The position numbers and the translations under genes are program-made. Below, piece by piece: positions 29,088 through 38,019 of a stretch of 64,000 nt of DNA. This DNA comes from a virus (taxonomy: Duplodnaviria; Caudoviricetes). The number at the start of each line of letters is the position of its first letter. Within the stretch, counting starts at the first letter, position 1. The notes beneath the pieces are model-generated. The model had not been told where the DNA came from, made no database searches, and saw only the letters and a list, made by a program, of their open reading frames with translations. The stretch lies in the IMG/VR virus record IMGVR_UViG_3300024259_001623; one strand, 5' to 3'.

Positions 29088-30125
29088 ATGATATATATCG
29101 AAATATTTTTGACGATGTTACAATGCCACGAAAAACTTTATAAACATTTTCACAAAAACAACAAAGGAATAAAAACATACAACGAGAATATAATATATCT
29201 AAGTGACTATAGTAGGCAAAACAAAATGAATGATAAAAAAAGAAATTACCAAAAATGGACAAATAATGAAACTAACTTTTTAATAAAAAATTACCCATCT
29301 AAAGGAAAAGAATTCTGTCTACAACACCTAAAAACTACAGAAACAAGAATGATGTTAAAGATTCAAAATCTTGGGCTAAAACTGAACAAAAAAACTTATA
29401 AAAAAGCAATACAAAAAAGATACGATAAACCAATGGACAACTATAACGTAAATCGTGATATTTTCAAAAATATAAACTTACCACAAGTAGCATACGTATT
29501 AGGTTTTTTATGGGCAGATGGGAACATATACCACAAAAACTATCATTATAAAATATCTACATCAATAAAAAAAATAGACGGTATTATATTAAAAAATATA
29601 TTTTTCAAAACTGGTAAATGGTCGATAAGTGAAAGAAAAAAATACACTACTGACACAAGAAACAATAGCGCTCAACTAAAAATAAGCACAAATAACAAAC
29701 ATTTATATAAACTATTAGAAAAATACGGATATAGAAATAAACAAAATGCCAAGAATATTACTAAAAAAATCCCAAAAACGTTATTGCATTATTGGTGGAG
29801 AGGATATTTCGATGGCGATGGATGTGTTTTTTATTCACAAAAAACAGGCTATAAAACATCTGTATCCATAAGTGGACCTTATGATACAAATTGGGAATTC
29901 GCAGAAAGCCTATTTGATAATCTAGGAATAAAATACTCGATAAATAGAAGACACAGTAAAAATGGATCTTCTTCGAACATAATAGCTTACCAAAGAGAAC
30001 ATGTAAATATATTTGGAGAGTATTTATATCGAGGAGAACTATTTGGACTTATAAGAAAATATAAACGTTTTCAAAATATAAAGAATTTTAAAAAGAAAAA
30101 TAAAAATTATTCTGTTTCGTCATAA
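29088..30125 (+). CDS. Free-standing LAGLIDADG homing endonuclease, antisense to the operon
   Basis: AYVLGFLWADG and YWWRGYFDGDG motifs; N-terminal KWTNNETNFL segment; very A-rich. Confidence 0.85.
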   Translation: MIYIEIFLTMLQCHEKLYKHFHKNNKGIKTYNENIIYLSDYSRQNKMNDKKRNYQKWTNNETNFLIKNYPSKGKEFCLQHLKTTETRMMLKIQNLGLKLNKKTYKKAIQKRYDKPMDNYNVNRDIFKNINLPQVAYVLGFLWADGNIYHKNYHYKISTSIKKIDGIILKNIFFKTGKWSISERKKYTTDTRNNSAQLKISTNNKHLYKLLEKYGYRNKQNAKNITKKIPKTLLHYWWRGYFDGDGCVFYSQKTGYKTSVSISGPYDTNWEFAESLFDNLGIKYSINRRHSKNGSSSNIIAYQREHVNIFGEYLYRGELFGLIRKYKRFQNIKNFKKKNKNYSVSS

Positions 30126-30709
30126 TAACTTCCTTTCTTTCCCCTATAATCATGAGCTTTATTAGCAGGATGGTTATAACACCATACATCATCATCATAA
30201 TATTTATTTATAGCATTCATTAAAAATATAATTTTTGATAAAGAAACAGGACTATAAGCATGCGCATCTATCCCGACATTGACCATATTCTTCTGAACCT
30301 TCCACAATCCATGAACATGACCACAAATGTTCCAACAATCTTTCTTCCCCTTTGTAGGATAATGATTCAAAAACATCTGCATTTTTTTGTTTTTCTGAGG
30401 CTTGATGTTCAACATTACATCTTCGCTAACAGACTCAAAATATTTCCTGTATTCATCATCAGGAATTTTGCCTTCGTGATTCCCCTTGATAAGATGCTTT
30501 TTACCATTCATATTAGAGACAACATCAAAAAACTTTTTGTCTGTTAATACATCTCCCAAAAAGAAAACTGTATCATCTTCCTTCACAAGACTATTATGTT
30601 TTTCAAGAATATCATTATTGAAATTCTCTACTGAGTCATAAGGTCTAAATAAAATATCAAATCTGTCATCTCCAAAATGATGATCAGAACAGAACCATAC
30701 ATTAGCCAC
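30107..30709 (-). CDS. Calcineurin-like metallophosphoesterase
   Basis: SDHHFG, FLGD, KGNHE, HYP and GHVH motifs. Confidence 0.9.
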   Translation of the reverse strand: MANVWFCSDHHFGDDRFDILFRPYDSVENFNNDILEKHNSLVKEDDTVFFLGDVLTDKKFFDVVSNMNGKKHLIKGNHEGKIPDDEYRKYFESVSEDVMLNIKPQKNKKMQMFLNHYPTKGKKDCWNICGHVHGLWKVQKNMVNVGIDAHAYSPVSLSKIIFLMNAINKYYDDDVWCYNHPANKAHDYRGKKGSYYDETE

Positions 30710-31478
30710 TATTCTTCTCCTTGTAACTCTTCATGAAGATATCTCCGTCTACAACCCATTTATCTTCTTTTTTCTCTTTATCTCTTAAAACGAAATCTCC
30801 ACATTTTCCCTTCATTCCATTAACTTCAAAGCTCCCTTCTTCAACAATCTCGACAGCCTCTACCTCTGAATACTTAGGCTTCCAAATCGTATAATCTCCC
30901 TTTACTCCAATCTTTTCGTATTTAGTTTCAACCCTCTTAGCCTTTTGAGGCCATGCTTCATCCATAACACCAATACAAATCAGATCATTCTCGTCAGCTT
31001 CCTGGTCCCCTTCCATTGTCTCTACATTGCCTTCGCTATTAACTAAACCCTGTTCTTTGGCCTTATCAAATGGTAATGTCTTCATAGTGGCAACTTTGTA
31101 ATAAGTTCCCCATAAATCTTCATCCGATAATACATCTGGCAGTTTCGACGCTTCTTTTCCTATCATCTCTTGATACTCCTTCTTGTCTTCCCTCGACAAA
31201 CAATATGTTGATAAAATCCACGTTAATAACTCTGTAGCTCGGCGAACCGCATAAAATTCTGTCGGCTCATGAACTCCAATTCTATCACCATCATTTGTCA
31301 CTACGTCCCAAAAACCATCTTCAGTTCTCTTTAAGTGAAAAAGATTTTTAGGCAATTTATGTTCTTTTCTTATAGATGGCAAAATCTTACAAGCGAATTG
31401 AGGGGTAAAATGTTCAGAGATATACTGTAGCAATGCACTGGATACAATATTCTTTTTAGCTACCTTGTACCAGTTCAT
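30702..31478 (-). CDS. MNWYK-tagged hypothetical protein with a C-terminal PGDYG-like domain
   Basis: Probable start MNWYKVAKK at 31478; C-terminal ETMEG...GDFVLRD...WVVDGDIFMKSY. Confidence 0.6.
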   Translation of the reverse strand: MNWYKVAKKNIVSSALLQYISEHFTPQFACKILPSIRKEHKLPKNLFHLKRTEDGFWDVVTNDGDRIGVHEPTEFYAVRRATELLTWILSTYCLSREDKKEYQEMIGKEASKLPDVLSDEDLWGTYYKVATMKTLPFDKAKEQGLVNSEGNVETMEGDQEADENDLICIGVMDEAWPQKAKRVETKYEKIGVKGDYTIWKPKYSEVEAVEIVEEGSFEVNGMKGKCGDFVLRDKEKKEDKWVVDGDIFMKSYKEKNSG

Positions 31479-32029
31479 TTTTGAGTACCCCAAAATTTCA
31501 TCTCCTGAGCATAGCTAGGTTCTGTGTATTTGGGGTATCTATTCCCGTAGATATTTTGTCTCCAATCCGGAGATGTTTTATAACGCTTAGAATAATTAAC
31601 GTATGGAATATTGGAAGCGACATTATCTTCAAGGTCAACATCATCTAATTTGTCACTTAAAATAGGCCAAAATATAGATGTAGGAGTCTCATTATCTATA
31701 AAATCACTCATAGTCTCAACAGCGATTTTCTTTATTTTATTATATACCTTCTTGGCCTTAGCAAAATCAGATTTATCGTATGTCCAATATCTATTCCACC
31801 CCAAAGACCCCAAAAATGCATGATTAATAACTACAGCAACAGCAATTTTCTCTTTTGTTTCAGATATGGATATTCTTATTGTATAAGCATCCATGACATA
31901 TCTCTGCAAATCAAACATGGTCATCCACTCTCCATCCTGATTTGTAGCAGCGGCGTCATCTTCACAATCGAATCTGCCAGATGCGGTCTTTACTACTCTC
32001 TTTTTAATATTATCTTTATACCAATTCAT
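31475..32029 (-). CDS. MNWYK-tagged hypothetical protein
   Basis: Starts MNWYKDNIKKRVVKTAS. Confidence 0.7.
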   Translation of the reverse strand: MNWYKDNIKKRVVKTASGRFDCEDDAAATNQDGEWMTMFDLQRYVMDAYTIRISISETKEKIAVAVVINHAFLGSLGWNRYWTYDKSDFAKAKKVYNKIKKIAVETMSDFIDNETPTSIFWPILSDKLDDVDLEDNVASNIPYVNYSKRYKTSPDWRQNIYGNRYPKYTEPSYAQEMKFWGTQK

Positions 32030-32784
32030 GTTTTTATCTTGAAAAAGTTTCTAATTTTTGACCTTATCTTTATAATTTCTATTTTTTGACGAATCTCCTT
32101 TATAGGAATACAACAAATAAAAGAAGTATTATACGGATAAGAATACATGAATCTTGATATAACCCCAATAACCTCATTTTTAGAGTTTAATAATGCACCA
32201 CCAGACATCCCCTTATGACCACCACCATTTGTCCAAACCTCATTTTTACCTATATAACATATAGCCCCTCTAACAACAAATTTTCTAGACTTCCCAATCA
32301 CATCAGCAGGAAAACCTATAGACCAAGAAATGTCTCCCAGTGTGGCTTCACCCATATTGTGAATAAAATATCTTTTATTAGATTTAAATTTTAATAATGC
32401 TATATCAGCAACGTCAGACTTATATACAATCTCTGATTCATTATTATCTACAAAAATCTTTTGACCAAACATAACGACATGTTTAGCCGTAGCAGCATAA
32501 TACCAACCATCAATAAATGATACAACAACACAAGACCCACCGATCTCTACCGTACTCTCCACTTCTATATCAGACAATGGATCTTTTATAATATCAGTTT
32601 TGAAGAAACTTTTAAAAGTTGTCTTAATTGTTTTTGTAGTCTTTACCTGTAAAATCCCCTTTGACTCTATTTTTGTATTATTTCTTTCTACAAAAATAGA
32701 AGAAGTTTTAAAAGTTAAATTGATATGACAACCTGACAAAAAACTTAACATAACAAGTAGGAGCAAAAAATATTTCACTGACAA
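32026..32784 (-). CDS. Trypsin-like serine protease, predicted lipoprotein
   Basis: Lipobox LSGC after a hydrophobic leader; triad motifs ATAKHV, ADIALL, GMSGG. Confidence 0.8.
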   Translation of the reverse strand: MSVKYFLLLLVMLSFLSGCHINLTFKTSSIFVERNNTKIESKGILQVKTTKTIKTTFKSFFKTDIIKDPLSDIEVESTVEIGGSCVVVSFIDGWYYAATAKHVVMFGQKIFVDNNESEIVYKSDVADIALLKFKSNKRYFIHNMGEATLGDISWSIGFPADVIGKSRKFVVRGAICYIGKNEVWTNGGGHKGMSGGALLNSKNEVIGVISRFMYSYPYNTSFICCIPIKEIRQKIEIIKIRSKIRNFFKIKT

Positions 32785-32801
32785 TCTCCTAAAAAATATA
32801 T

Positions 32802-33821
32802 TTATTGAGCAATCTCTTCTCTGATCTCTGCCAATGTAACGGGGAAGACTCCAAACTTCTCTACCTCTAATCCTCCAGCTATATTAGACAATTTGACACA
32901 TGTTTCTAAATCCGCCCCTACCTTTTTAGCACAACATAACATAGCCAAAACCATATCGCCAGCGCCACTGACATCATATATCTTTCTCTGTTTAACAGGG
33001 AAAATTTTCCCTATAGATGAACCCTGCTTTAAAAAAGCACCATCCTTATCTAAAGTAATTAAAACGTTTTTTATACCATAACCACTATTGATAAAACCTG
33101 CGACTCCATCAACATTGGACAAATTATGATCATCAAGACGTTTTGTTGTTATAGCATTACTGGCTCCCCACATTATACAAGCTTCTTCTCTATTAGGAGT
33201 TACCAAAAACGCTCCCCTATAACGATAATATTTACTACTAAAAGCAAACCTAGCAGGATCGACTATGGCTGATGACCCATTAGAATCACACTTCTTCATA
33301 ATATCGCTGCAAAGTTTATCCACCACAACACCCTTGTTATAATCTTCTATAGCAACAACTGATCCATTAACTATATCTTTCTCCAACAATCCGTAAATTT
33401 TATCAATAACATCAGCAGAAATATCTTCTGTGCTTTCTTTGTCTATTCTTAACATCTGCTGTTGATGTCTGTGTTGAGCTAAACCAATACATCTCTGTTT
33501 TACTGTTGTAGGTCTACTTGGATCAATAACCATTCCCGATACATCTGCACCAGCCCCTCTCAATAAAGATAATAAAGAATAGCCATTACGGTCATCTCCT
33601 ACAACACCAAAACATTTTACACTCATACCTAATGCCAATATATTCATAGCAACAGATGCAGACCCACCACATCTATCCTCTTCCTTCTCTACCTTTAAAA
33701 CAGGAACAGGAGCTTCCGGACTTATCCTCTCACAATTGCCATAAATATACTTGTCCAACATGAAGTCACCGACAAGTATAATTTCTTTATCTCTTCTAAA
33801 TTTATTTAAAACCTTTTCCAT
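32802..33821 (-). CDS. rfaE1: D-glycero-D-manno-heptose-7-phosphate kinase (HldE/RfaE kinase domain only)
   Basis: VGDFMLDKYIYGNCERISPEAPVPVL; TPNREEA; DVSGAGD PfkB motif. Confidence 0.9.
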   Translation of the reverse strand: MEKVLNKFRRDKEIILVGDFMLDKYIYGNCERISPEAPVPVLKVEKEEDRCGGSASVAMNILALGMSVKCFGVVGDDRNGYSLLSLLRGAGADVSGMVIDPSRPTTVKQRCIGLAQHRHQQQMLRIDKESTEDISADVIDKIYGLLEKDIVNGSVVAIEDYNKGVVVDKLCSDIMKKCDSNGSSAIVDPARFAFSSKYYRYRGAFLVTPNREEACIMWGASNAITTKRLDDHNLSNVDGVAGFINSGYGIKNVLITLDKDGAFLKQGSSIGKIFPVKQRKIYDVSGAGDMVLAMLCCAKKVGADLETCVKLSNIAGGLEVEKFGVFPVTLAEIREEIAQ

Positions 33822-33835
33822 AATTAATTTCTTAT

Positions 33836-34291
33836 CTATCCCGGATTTTTTGCCATATTTAAAGAATTCTCAAACTTACTAGTGTATTGTTTTATCTTAT
33901 TAAGACCTATAGCATATATTTTTATTTTACCGCGTTTAAAAACTATAAAACCAACCTGCAAGGTCTTAGGGTCATCCCACTTACATATATAATAACCTTT
34001 CCTAACAGCTAACTCAAAAAACTTTTGAAATTTAACTATATCTACACATTTAACCTTTTTAAAAACATTAAACACATCATGAATAGCTTCTACAACAATC
34101 TCTGAACCATCATGATGATTCTGTCTCAATAATAGAGAACCTATCCTCCCATTAGACCAATCTTCAACTGGCAAAATATTAATATCAAAAACAGAACCAT
34201 CAAATTCTGGCCAATCATAATTCAAACTAGTATGATTTATGAAATTGTTTATCATATATTCATTAAACGTATTCTCTTTTATCTCTACCAT
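33836..34291 (-). CDS. Hypothetical protein
   Basis: 151 aa, packed in the operon. Confidence 0.55.
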   Translation of the reverse strand: MVEIKENTFNEYMINNFINHTSLNYDWPEFDGSVFDINILPVEDWSNGRIGSLLLRQNHHDGSEIVVEAIHDVFNVFKKVKCVDIVKFQKFFELAVRKGYYICKWDDPKTLQVGFIVFKRGKIKIYAIGLNKIKQYTSKFENSLNMAKNPG

Positions 34292-34293
34292 AA

Positions 34294-34605
34294 TTATTCA
34301 TTCCAAAATAAATGACCTATAATTATACCCATCAATACAGGGAGAAATCCTGCGAATCCCCATATATACCACGTATAAACTCCGATGATTCCCATTATCC
34401 CAGCATCGACACCCCGAGGAAATAGCTTATGAATCCATTGCGAAATAGTATCCTCTTTCTTGACAACAAGAAAAATATCAATCACAGCAACAGCAATCAA
34501 TACACCAAACGCAACCCATACCCAAGACATCCACGTCAAAAACATAGCCAAAACCAACAAAACAACTCCAACTAATCTAGAAACAGAAATAAATTTCTCA
34601 CTCAT
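34294..34605 (-). CDS. Small multi-pass membrane protein
   Basis: Three to four hydrophobic segments in 103 aa. Confidence 0.7.
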   Translation of the reverse strand: MSEKFISVSRLVGVVLLVLAMFLTWMSWVWVAFGVLIAVAVIDIFLVVKKEDTISQWIHKLFPRGVDAGIMGIIGVYTWYIWGFAGFLPVLMGIIIGHLFWNE

Positions 34606-35150
34606 AATATTTCTCCATTATTCTCCTGCTCTTCCTCAAGAACAGAAATAACACTTGATTCTATTGTTTTTTCAAACATCTCTTTAATAACAGAATGCTG
34701 ATTAGCCATATCAGAAGAAACTATCATCAAATCTTTCAATGTTCTTATAATAAGATGCTTAGTATACTTTTGATATAACCAGTCCAAATAACCATTCTTA
34801 GGAGCATCATTTGGACGACCATAAACAATCTTACCAGAACAGACGAACCGACCAAACTCTATGTTAGTAGTTAGCGCTGGCATCGTTTTCAAATCACGAG
34901 GAATCCAAAATACTATAACAGCACATTTGAGTAAACCTTCATCCTCCCACTCAACTTGATCCAAAAAACTATATTTAGTTTTACCCTGATGCTCAGGAAC
35001 TAAAACCTGGCCTTTGTAACCAATCTCTTCCAATAACTCTAAAGCTTCTGGCCTCCATGACTTTACATAATCAGTTCTAGGAGTAGGACCAGCTAAAAAT
35101 ATACTATTTGACTCAACAACTAATTCCTGATCCGAATATACTACCTTCAT
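34602..35150 (-). CDS. Nucleoside 2-deoxyribosyltransferase-like protein
   Basis: SIFLAGPTPR...SWR...QVEWE...IVFWIPRDLKTMPALTTNIEFG. Confidence 0.8.
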   Translation of the reverse strand: MKVVYSDQELVVESNSIFLAGPTPRTDYVKSWRPEALELLEEIGYKGQVLVPEHQGKTKYSFLDQVEWEDEGLLKCAVIVFWIPRDLKTMPALTTNIEFGRFVCSGKIVYGRPNDAPKNGYLDWLYQKYTKHLIIRTLKDLMIVSSDMANQHSVIKEMFEKTIESSVISVLEEEQENNGEIL

Positions 35151-35162
35151 AATATTCCTTTA

Positions 35163-35273
35163 TTAACACAATGCCCCAACAAGCCAATACGAATTATACA
35201 TTAAAGTATTAATCAAATCCACATAATCTGAAAAAAATACGCACAAATATAAATATGCTTCAAATAAATTCAT
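35163..35273 (-). CDS. 36-aa hydrophobic peptide (not in the track)
   Basis: MNLFEAYLYLCVFFSDYVDLINTLMYNSYWLVGALC with AAGGAG RBS, filling an otherwise empty gap. Confidence 0.45.
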   Translation of the reverse strand: MNLFEAYLYLCVFFSDYVDLINTLMYNSYWLVGALC

Positions 35274-35300
35274 TATAAACTCCTTCTATTGTATCGACGC

Positions 35301-35747
35301 CTATCCCAATTCGTCCGCAATAGCCTGTAACTCCAATTCCGCTCTAAGCTCAGGACTGATAATGGCGTTCAATCTCGACTCCAACTTATCCAAACTCTTT
35401 TTCTTAGAAGAAATCTGGACCTTGGCAATTCTAGCCTTAATGTCGGAAATCCAATCTTCAACAGTAAACCCCTCCCAAGTAAAATCCGGGGCGCCGACAA
35501 GCCGCAAAACGTTTAGCCAGGCATCAATATAAGATTTTTTTCTTTCTACTAAAAATGCAGTAATACTAATCAACTTTTTAATATCCTTCTCAACATGAAG
35601 ATTTACAACATTAGTTGCACTTCCCTCAATATATGAAAAACTACAATTCGTCACATAATGATACTTCTCAGTCTGTGCAATCTCTTTCTTTCTTCTCGCT
35701 ACCTCTTTAATCAAATCCAACGTCTTTTGGTCTGTCTTGTTAGCCAT
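35301..35747 (-). CDS. Hypothetical phage protein
   Basis: 148 aa with AGGAG RBS; coiled-coil C-terminus. Confidence 0.65.
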   Translation of the reverse strand: MANKTDQKTLDLIKEVARRKKEIAQTEKYHYVTNCSFSYIEGSATNVVNLHVEKDIKKLISITAFLVERKKSYIDAWLNVLRLVGAPDFTWEGFTVEDWISDIKARIAKVQISSKKKSLDKLESRLNAIISPELRAELELQAIADELG

Positions 35748-35768
35748 ATCTCTATATCTCCTTAAATT

Positions 35769-36893
35769 TTAAATTGAATTACCACACAACTGAAACTCAG
35801 AACCACTTTCTAATCTAATAAATAAACCTAAACCTGTAGGCTCAATCCATTTAATCTTATTCCAATTAGTTGATCTATAATAAGGATAATAATTACTATT
35901 ATTTTTAGATTCAGGATTACTACATGTTCCATACCACTCTTCAAACGTCAATTTACCATTCTCAAACCTAACTATCTTCGAACTTTTTATATAATCAATT
36001 TCCGGCTTACCATACCTATAACATGTATCATACATTGTCCAAACATTATCCGCGTCTTCTGTAACCCAACCATCACTATAGTAATAATTGCGTTTTTCTT
36101 CTTTTTTCTTTGGAAGCTCCTTAGAAAATACATCAACAATCTTGCTACCGAACTTTGATTTACTATACTTCTCAACCAACTCAGCATAATTATCAGCCAC
36201 AACATCAGAACTCAAAACAGCAAGAAACTTTAAATCACTCTTAAAAATAAAACTATCTTCATCGCTATAATAACTACTAACATTCTTCCCCCAAAAAACA
36301 TGCATATTACGCTTTCCAATCTTTCCATGATTCAACGTATGACGAGCAAACCTACCTAAATACATAACATCATCTTGCTTCTTAGTTGTATAAGTAGCCC
36401 CAGGAATCAAATCCTTAGCCTTGACTCCCTGGCCCTGCAACTTCGTATAACTCTGAGAAACTTGATAATCAGAAGAAGTTTCAGGCAATAATACTAACTC
36501 AGTTCCATCCCAAGAATAAACAAATTTCCCCTCTAATCCCTTACCTCGACTACAATCACATTCTTTCAAAATGAATAAGAGATTTGCTACAGAAATTTCA
36601 AATTCAAAATCACGAGGATCATATACTCGGATATATTCGTTCCTAGCATTCCATCCATAAGATTGACGAGCGCCACCGACGCCCTTATTTAATACAAAAC
36701 CTTCAGTCGGTACATTATCAAAATCAACATCATCAATCTTATGATCTCGCCAATTGTTCCATGACTTTTCTTTTCTCTTTGTTCCTTTTTGATCGTAATA
36801 AATTACATATGCTAATTTTTTAGTATATGTGCCTTCACGATTCTGAAAACCTACGGCGATTTTCTTCGGAATAAATAATTGCTTGCTCTTCAT
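35769..36893 (-). CDS. Hypothetical phage protein
   Basis: 374 aa, AAGGAG RBS; FIPKKIAVGFQNR...NEYIRVYDPRDFEFEIS. Confidence 0.7.
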   Translation of the reverse strand: MKSKQLFIPKKIAVGFQNREGTYTKKLAYVIYYDQKGTKRKEKSWNNWRDHKIDDVDFDNVPTEGFVLNKGVGGARQSYGWNARNEYIRVYDPRDFEFEISVANLLFILKECDCSRGKGLEGKFVYSWDGTELVLLPETSSDYQVSQSYTKLQGQGVKAKDLIPGATYTTKKQDDVMYLGRFARHTLNHGKIGKRNMHVFWGKNVSSYYSDEDSFIFKSDLKFLAVLSSDVVADNYAELVEKYSKSKFGSKIVDVFSKELPKKKEEKRNYYYSDGWVTEDADNVWTMYDTCYRYGKPEIDYIKSSKIVRFENGKLTFEEWYGTCSNPESKNNSNYYPYYRSTNWNKIKWIEPTGLGLFIRLESGSEFQLCGNSI

Positions 36894-36910
36894 CTGTTAT
36901 TGCTCCTTCT

Positions 36911-37078
36911 TTATTTTTTATCAATAGCTTTTGCTAGTTTTTCTCTGGCTGACTCTAAAGCTTCCATTCTTCTACATCTTTCCTCGCTCCTATCTGGAGA
37001 ATTATACATTCCTGGAAGTGGTTCACTCATTTCGAGTAATGCAGCTTCATACTGAATAAGAATTTCTTTTGTGTCCAT
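36911..37078 (-). CDS. 55-aa hypothetical protein (not in the track)
   Basis: MDTKEILIQYEAALLEMSEPLPGMYNSPDRSEERCRRMEALESAREKLAKAIDKK; fills the gap between neighbours. Confidence 0.55.
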   Translation of the reverse strand: MDTKEILIQYEAALLEMSEPLPGMYNSPDRSEERCRRMEALESAREKLAKAIDKK

Positions 37079-37110
37079 TAGTTCTTCTCTCTATATTATA
37101 TCAACGTGAT

Positions 37111-37935
37111 TCACTTTTGCTTTTTAATTTTCGGAATTCTATCACAAAAATCTAAAACAGCTTTTTTAAATTTATTCGGAATACGAATATTTATATCTAT
37201 ATAATCTTGCCATAAAATAGTTTTGATTTCGTTAAACACGTTTTTTGCCATATTACATATTTTTCGCCAAAAACGAACAGGATGATTAGATTCGAAACAA
37301 AGACTATTTATAAAATCTATGGTTTCTTTATATATTTCTTTTTTTTCCATAGTATAATTCATTCTTTTATTAAAAGACATACAATATGAGAATGGCTCCC
37401 TTATACGACTAGGTTCCTTATATTCTATTTTTTCATCAGTAAATCCTGGAGTTTTTTTATTAGGATCTATCCTGCCCACCATATAAGGATGTTCTGTAAA
37501 ATCTACTAATTCATTTAAAGATCTAGTTCTAAATAAATTTAATATACTTGACATATGTGAATCTATCTCTTCACATATACATAAAATATGTTTTTTATTT
37601 AAAAAATCTTTAGAAAAACCAAAGTCCAACTCGTCTCTAAAATAATTTTGACATTTTTTTATTTCAAATATCAAATCATTAATCTTATTTTCATTTATTT
37701 TGTGTCTTTCTCTTTTTTCATCAGACGACAAAAAATCAGTTTTATTATCTAAAATTTGCTGTATATGGCTTTGTTTTATAAAATCGATAGCGTAAGATAT
37801 GTTTTTTTTACATTCTGATAAAGGATAAACAATATCTTTATGTCTCTTATCTATATTTTTCCCAACTCTAGACCTCACAGCCTCAATTGCAGCAATCGCC
37901 CCTAAAATTATAATTACTAAGGTGCTTATTTCCAT
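37111..37935 (-). CDS. Hypothetical protein with an N-terminal membrane anchor
   Basis: MEISTLVIIILGAIAAIEAV then a soluble region. Confidence 0.6.
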   Translation of the reverse strand: MEISTLVIIILGAIAAIEAVRSRVGKNIDKRHKDIVYPLSECKKNISYAIDFIKQSHIQQILDNKTDFLSSDEKRERHKINENKINDLIFEIKKCQNYFRDELDFGFSKDFLNKKHILCICEEIDSHMSSILNLFRTRSLNELVDFTEHPYMVGRIDPNKKTPGFTDEKIEYKEPSRIREPFSYCMSFNKRMNYTMEKKEIYKETIDFINSLCFESNHPVRFWRKICNMAKNVFNEIKTILWQDYIDINIRIPNKFKKAVLDFCDRIPKIKKQK

Positions 37936-38019
37936 CTTCTTTCTCCAAATCTATTTCTTCTTAATTAGATTACTTCATCAGTCTTGCACTTTGACCTAAA
38001 TTTTAAATATTCTGAATAA

